Origin: Bdellovibrionota bacterium
GTDB taxonomy: Bacteria; Bdellovibrionota; UBA2428
Direction of reading: 5' to 3'
Length of the DNA: 64,000 nt
NCBI GenBank assembly: GCA_044347615.1
Contig: JBIKUK010000001.1
Coordinates: 299,863 to 363,862 of the forward strand
Part shown: piece by piece, positions 59,277 to 64,000 of the stretch
Layout: every line of letters begins with the position of its first letter
Numbering within the stretch: position 1 is the stretch's first letter
Translations under genes and position numbers: made by a program
Notes under the pieces: generated by a model
The model's input: only the letters and a program-made list of their open reading frames with translations
What the model was told of the DNA's origin: nothing
Database searches by the model: none

Positions 59277-60064
59277 GAAGCACTTTCTCTTCTACGAATA
59301 AATTTATCAAAGAAGTCCCAAGTTTTATCGCCTACTTCGTCAAGCTTTAGAATTGTCAAAACATCATGACATTTAAAAACAGGATCGTACGCGGGTTCTC
59401 CACAAATATAAGCACCAAATTGAAAATATACTGAAAGAAGGGCGGGAATTTGCGGATTATCTCCCATTTTAGTTCCACTTGGAATGCGCATGCTTGGAAT
59501 AGGCTCTACGCCTTTCATGTCTAACACTCGTCCCATTTTTTTTATTTCTTCAAAAGTTGCAAGAGCGTTTTCGTGAGACATGATGGGGAGCGAGGCTAAT
59601 CCAAATAAGGAGTGGCAATCTTTTAAATTCATGTAATGTCTGATTCCGCAGAACAAACACACAAGAGTGGCTTGTTTGCGATATTCAGGCAAAATACACG
59701 CCCGACCCATTTCAAGGGATTTATTAAAATCCAAAGGGAGATTCTTAATAAAATATTCAGTTTCGGAATAAAATCCAAGATCTTTGTTAACTTGAGAACT
59801 GGGCATCAAACGGTAAGTCCCAACAACTTGCCCGTTTCTTTCGACGAGTAAATGGTCGCAGTGAGCATCAAAGCGATCTGTATCTCGCTTTGTTAAGGCA
59901 TTTTCTGGAATACCCTCTCCTAATTCTTCATTAAATATCTGATATCTGAGCTTATAGGCCTCGTCTCTGTCTCTTTCTGATTGAGCGAGTCTAATTTTAA
60001 AGGGACTTAGTTCAAGTCCTTCACCATTAAGCTTTTCAGAGTCCCTAATATCGACCCGTTTCAC
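59273..60064 (-). CDS. GNAT-fold N-acyltransferase (OlsB / N-acyl amino acid synthase-like, 'hemolysin-like')
   Basis: 263 aa; YKLRYQIFNEELGEG...HLLVERNGQVVGTYRL resembles the acyl-ACP-dependent N-acyl amino acid synthase family. Confidence 0.65.
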   Translation of the reverse strand: MKRVDIRDSEKLNGEGLELSPFKIRLAQSERDRDEAYKLRYQIFNEELGEGIPENALTKRDTDRFDAHCDHLLVERNGQVVGTYRLMPSSQVNKDLGFYSETEYFIKNLPLDFNKSLEMGRACILPEYRKQATLVCLFCGIRHYMNLKDCHSLFGLASLPIMSHENALATFEEIKKMGRVLDMKGVEPIPSMRIPSGTKMGDNPQIPALLSVYFQFGAYICGEPAYDPVFKCHDVLTILKLDEVGDKTWDFFDKFIRRRESAS

Positions 60065-60245
60065 GCTTAAAGATTAGGTTTTAAAGGACTTTTCGTCAAT
60101 TAAGGGAAGCCTTCTTTTTAGGCACTTATGAGCTGTCTAAGCTTTAGTCAGCTTTCAAAAACGAGGACAAAAATGGGCCCCCTTAACAAAAGAGACATGA
60201 TTCTAAGGGCTTCTCGCTTGGCATGTTCAATGCAACTTAGCTGGT

Positions 60246-61268
60246 ATGGGGAATTTTATGAAATTAAATAAAATGGGGTTATCTATCACAAGTCTTTTGG
60301 CTGTTGCGATTTTTTCTACAGCTTGTAGTATGCAAAAAGCATCCAGCAATCCTGGTCGAGTTATTGATCAATCAGGCGGTACAACGAACGATACTGGAAT
60401 AGATGTGACTCGGGGAGGCGATACAACGACTGATCCGGATACTTCTGATTCAACAACTGTTGTCACTCCTGTAGTTGATCCTCCTTCTACTTTCTTTACT
60501 GGAGAAAAGGTTCTTTTAAATCAATATCCAAACACAGTTCCGACAACTAAGGTCTGTCGAAACGTTTTAAACAACCGCAGTGTTGACGTTTTAAAATCAT
60601 TCTTTAATTTTGATATCGTTAACTTAGTAGGTCCTGTGACTGTTTGTATCGAACAGAACAACTTAGCTTCTCGTTGCCCTGCTGGCGAAACAAAGTGTTC
60701 AGGCGGAGTAGACCGTAACGTTCGATTTAGAATTGAATACGAAGATAATAACCGTTTTTGGTATTACGACTCAGCTGCTTCAAACAACTATACAAAAGTA
60801 TTGAGTTACACAGGCGGCGGAACTTCGAACAACGTTGAAATCATTCTCCAAGATGGCGCAGGATTCTTAATGGTAAGCGGTAGCAAGGCAAACTCCACAA
60901 GTGCTTATGACTTAGAATTTCGTTTCGTAGATCGACAAAACTATTCAGATGCCTACAACTACGATCAAAACAACGGTTACTCAGCAACATCTCCTTATAG
61001 AAGAGCCGCAACACTTGATGATATGGCGGTTTGTGCAAAAGCATCTGCTGGAAATGCCCTCTTTACCGATGGAACATCTTGTGCGACTCGATTCGTGTTC
61101 CACTACACATTCTTCACAGACATGAATACAAAGTATCCTGCAACAGCCATCACAGATACAGCTTTATGGCTCAGAAACCAAGCAGCCTTTGCAAGACAGT
61201 TACTCATCAACCGTTCTTTCTCAGCAGTTGGTGGAGTATTCGGAAAGGTATCTGTTTATGAACTCTAA
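60246..61268 (+). CDS. hypothetical lipoprotein (paralog A)
   Basis: 340 aa; lipobox FSTAC; Thr/Asp/Pro-rich linker; RFRIEYEDNNRFWYYD motif shared with the next gene. Confidence 0.55.
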   Translation: MGNFMKLNKMGLSITSLLAVAIFSTACSMQKASSNPGRVIDQSGGTTNDTGIDVTRGGDTTTDPDTSDSTTVVTPVVDPPSTFFTGEKVLLNQYPNTVPTTKVCRNVLNNRSVDVLKSFFNFDIVNLVGPVTVCIEQNNLASRCPAGETKCSGGVDRNVRFRIEYEDNNRFWYYDSAASNNYTKVLSYTGGGTSNNVEIILQDGAGFLMVSGSKANSTSAYDLEFRFVDRQNYSDAYNYDQNNGYSATSPYRRAATLDDMAVCAKASAGNALFTDGTSCATRFVFHYTFFTDMNTKYPATAITDTALWLRNQAAFARQLLINRSFSAVGGVFGKVSVYEL

Positions 61269-61995
61269 GAAATTATATAAAACAATCGCTCTTACAATCG
61301 TTCTTTTCACAACAAGTGCTTGTTCGATAAAATCGCAAAACTCTTCAAGTGGTACAACTTCTACAACAGGAGTTACTCCTCCAGTGACACCTCCCAATCC
61401 TACAACAAGACGTTGTCGGATTCCGGTTCAATATGCAAATGAGACGACTCACCTTGCAGCTCTAGAAGCTTTAGCTCAAGCGAAAGTTCGAAAAAAAGAA
61501 ACGCCCACAACAATGTGTGTGGCTGCAAAAACTTCTCCTTTAAAAAGCTTTGATGCTAGCTTAAGGATTGAATACGAAGATAATATCGGATTTCGATGGG
61601 TAACGTTAAGATCTCCAGACTTGGTATATAGCAGCCAAGAAAACAATAACTTTCGTCTTATTTATTTAGACCAATATGGATATGTTGAACTTAAGGCAAC
61701 GGAGAGTACTTCTGGTGTCCTTAATGGAACAATTCGAATAGCAAACATTTCACCCTACAATTCTTATTTAAGCGATATTCAAGCTTTCTTGGATCTTATT
61801 AAAACAACCTGTAACACCACTCCAGCAAAATGCTTGAATCCAATTTTCAATGTTAACCCGATTGAGCCGCCTCCCACTGAAGCTCAGATTATTCAGCGAG
61901 CAGAGGAAGCTTTTGCGGGTCAGCATGGAGCACAGCCTTTTACCTTGGGAACGGTACAGTTCAACTCTTCAGCTATTGAATCAACTTTGTTCTAA
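61258..61995 (+). CDS. hypothetical lipoprotein (paralog B)
   Basis: ATG at 61258 gives MNSKKLYKTIALTIVLFTTSAC (lipobox; track start 61189); Ser/Thr/Pro-rich linker; LRIEYEDNIGFRWVTL motif shared with paralog A. Confidence 0.55.
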   Translation: MNSKKLYKTIALTIVLFTTSACSIKSQNSSSGTTSTTGVTPPVTPPNPTTRRCRIPVQYANETTHLAALEALAQAKVRKKETPTTMCVAAKTSPLKSFDASLRIEYEDNIGFRWVTLRSPDLVYSSQENNNFRLIYLDQYGYVELKATESTSGVLNGTIRIANISPYNSYLSDIQAFLDLIKTTCNTTPAKCLNPIFNVNPIEPPPTEAQIIQRAEEAFAGQHGAQPFTLGTVQFNSSAIESTLF

Positions 61996-62004
61996 GAAAG
62001 ATTA

Positions 62005-62601
62005 TTGCTAAGCTTTGTAAAAATGACAAAGCTTGTTGTTTCGATGTTGTCTTCAAAAGCTTTGATGGCTTTGTTCGCAGAAGATAACAGCCTATGCGAA
62101 TATACTTCTTGGGAACAGCAAGAAGGCAAAGAGCTTTCAGATGAGTTACCCTTGCAGCTTTCTTTTTTATTTCAAAAGACGAAGCTTGAACTAAAATCAG
62201 TATCAAAGATTTATGTTTTTCAGGGGCCAGGATCTTTTACGGGTCTTCGAGTGTCCGCTTCTTTTGCAAAAGGATTGAGCACAGCTCTTGAAATCCCTAT
62301 GATTGGGATTCCCTCGTTTAGACTTTATGGAGAACCTTTTGCCATTTCTCTGAGAGCTGCTAAAGCTAAATCTTTAAGCTTAGAGGAATGTGTTGATCGA
62401 GCTTATAAGTTTTTAGAGATTAAAAATGACAAAGAATCAGAAGTTGTTTTAGTTCCTAAAACAAAGATTCTAAAAGGACTTAAAAGCTGTCCTCTTTGGC
62501 CAGAAATAAGTGACATAGAAAAAGCCATAAAGCATTCAAGCGATTTAAATTCGTTTGAAATGAATTATGGCTTCGATCCTTCTTTTGTGGAAAGTACTTA
62601 G
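62005..62601 (+). CDS. tsaB: tRNA threonylcarbamoyladenosine biosynthesis protein TsaB-like
   Basis: 198 aa; GPGSFTGLRVSASFAKG signature; N-terminus is atypical. Confidence 0.65.
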   Translation: MLSFVKMTKLVVSMLSSKALMALFAEDNSLCEYTSWEQQEGKELSDELPLQLSFLFQKTKLELKSVSKIYVFQGPGSFTGLRVSASFAKGLSTALEIPMIGIPSFRLYGEPFAISLRAAKAKSLSLEECVDRAYKFLEIKNDKESEVVLVPKTKILKGLKSCPLWPEISDIEKAIKHSSDLNSFEMNYGFDPSFVEST

Positions 62602-62604
62602 CTC

Positions 62605-64000
62605 TTATACGGGGATATTGGTTTTTCTTCCAAATCCTAAAAGAACGGCAAAGACAATAAACATTAAAGTTGAAAGGAGTAAGTATCCTTGAACTTGTTT
62701 GAGGCTATTCGCTGTGAGATCAAGTTTTGCAGATTTTACTTCTTTAGGTCTAATGCCTATGAGATCTGTGTCTTTGACAAGATAGCTAAAAGAATTCATT
62801 AGAAAGTCCATATTTCCAAATTGTCCAATGAGCCCATTGGAAGCAAGCATTTGATTTCCGATGAGGAGGATTCCCGTTTCTTTTGATTCTTGTTTTTCTG
62901 TCGCTTCCTTATCGGATTTTGTTTTCTCTTTAGTATCAGCAGTTTTCACAGGTTGAGTGATTTCTACAATAAGTGGAAGCGAGTTTGCTTTACTAAGCGA
63001 GGAGCGAGCAACGCTTCCTGCCTTGAGAGATTTTAAATCGCCTATTTTTTGAAGTGTTCCTGCTTCCGTTGTGGCAATTGCACGAGCAGTCACATTTGGT
63101 GGTGCTGCTTTTGGAACAATGATTGAACGAGCTAGAAGCATGAAAAGGGGTGAGTTGAAGTTTCGAGTAATATCGCTTTCAGGCGAAAAGCTTTTTGTGT
63201 AAACGCCTGGAGCCCCTTGAACACGCTCATCAATCAAAACGTTATTTTCCAGTTTCACTCCATAGGATTCAATCACTGCATTCCATGCTGCAGGAGTTTC
63301 CAGTCCCCAGAAAGCAAAGAGTTTACCTCCTTGTGCAAGGTATTCTTTTAAAAGCTTTACTTCATTTTCTGAAGGAGCTGAACGCGGACCAACACTTGCA
63401 ATTAATTCACAATCAGAGGGAACAGTTTTTTCAGTGGCAAGAGTGAGTTCTTTGGTTTCATAAGAGGCACTTTCAAGAGCTTCTTTAAGCTGAGAAATGC
63501 TCATAGCTTGTTCGCTCCCTTCGCGTCCGCTCGCCTTAATTTCTCCATGCCCATCGAGAAAACAAAGTGTTTTCTTACGTCCTTTAATAGCTTGTACGAT
63601 GGCATTTGTGATTTGTTCTTCTGCTCTTCCGGTACTGAAGTTATCGACTCGGCTTTCTCTACCAGAGCTTGCTCTTGCAATGATGACATCTTTTCGAGTT
63701 ATTTTTGCTTGAATAGCTTCGACTCTCTCCGCATTGGGATTCCTGACTTTTAGGCTTAATTTGCCCTTGGATTTTTCTTTGTAGCTCTCAAGAAAACTAC
63801 TCATATCAGTTGAGCCAGACATTTCTTTAATATTTGTTGTCCAAACTTCTAGGGTGATATCTTCTTTAAGGTTTTGAAGAATTTTTGTTGTTTGATCACT
63901 TAAGGAATGAAGTTTGTTACGAGTTACATCCCATTTTTTATTTTTTTGAACAGCTGTCCAGTTGAGAACGCTTAGTATTCCTACAACCCCGATGGTTGAT
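62605..64000 (-). CDS. GldG-like ABC-transporter auxiliary protein, 5' end beyond the window
   Basis: Track ORF 62605-63822 (405 aa) with a C-terminal TM; own translation shows the reading frame stays open upstream of the track Met to the window end (…WDVTRNKLHSLSDQTTKILQNLKEDITLEVWTT…). Confidence 0.55.
   Translation of the reverse strand, partial: STIGVVGILSVLNWTAVQKNKKWDVTRNKLHSLSDQTTKILQNLKEDITLEVWTTNIKEMSGSTDMSSFLESYKEKSKGKLSLKVRNPNAERVEAIQAKITRKDVIIARASSGRESRVDNFSTGRAEEQITNAIVQAIKGRKKTLCFLDGHGEIKASGREGSEQAMSISQLKEALESASYETKELTLATEKTVPSDCELIASVGPRSAPSENEVKLLKEYLAQGGKLFAFWGLETPAAWNAVIESYGVKLENNVLIDERVQGAPGVYTKSFSPESDITRNFNSPLFMLLARSIIVPKAAPPNVTARAIATTEAGTLQKIGDLKSLKAGSVARSSLSKANSLPLIVEITQPVKTADTKEKTKSDKEATEKQESKETGILLIGNQMLASNGLIGQFGNMDFLMNSFSYLVKDTDLIGIRPKEVKSAKLDLTANSLKQVQGYLLLSTLMFIVFAVLLGFGRKTNIPV

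Overview
This 64-kb window is a densely coding chromosomal segment of a low-GC Gram-negative (diderm) bacterium. Most genes are roughly 38-42% GC by eye. The gene content (Tad/Flp pilus locus, MoxR/Bat-type operon, many lipobox lipoproteins, GldG-like protein, peptidoglycan hydrolases) is compatible with a Bdellovibrio-like lineage, but the taxon cannot be established without a database search. Housekeeping genes recognised by motif: nrdA (3' end cut by the window edge), groES-groEL, alaS, asnS, citrate synthase, uvrB, hemB, a class V aminotransferase plus serA-like dehydrogenase pair, ugd, tsaB, a Xer-type recombinase and one tRNA-Cys(GCA). The accessory content that stands out is: (1) a complete Tad/Flp type IVb pilus locus with a fused CpaE(TadZ)-CpaF(TadA) ATPase and three tandem Flp pilin genes, one of which is below the ORF-track cut-off; (2) a short secreted YD-repeat protein bracketed by two small secreted low-complexity proteins and a pair of palindromes in the shared promoter; (3) a MoxR-DUF58-BatA-BatB-BatD operon; (4) a histidine kinase / coiled-coil / metallophosphoesterase operon; (5) a GC-rich, ORF-poor block next to a very AT-rich glycosyltransferase and tRNA-Cys, which looks like a small acquired islet or a structured RNA. 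No CRISPR array, transposase, restriction-modification or recognisable toxin-antitoxin gene was seen. All calls rest on reading the six-frame translations and the sequence by eye; no database search was run, so family names are motif-based and coordinates I derived myself may be off by 1-2 nt.
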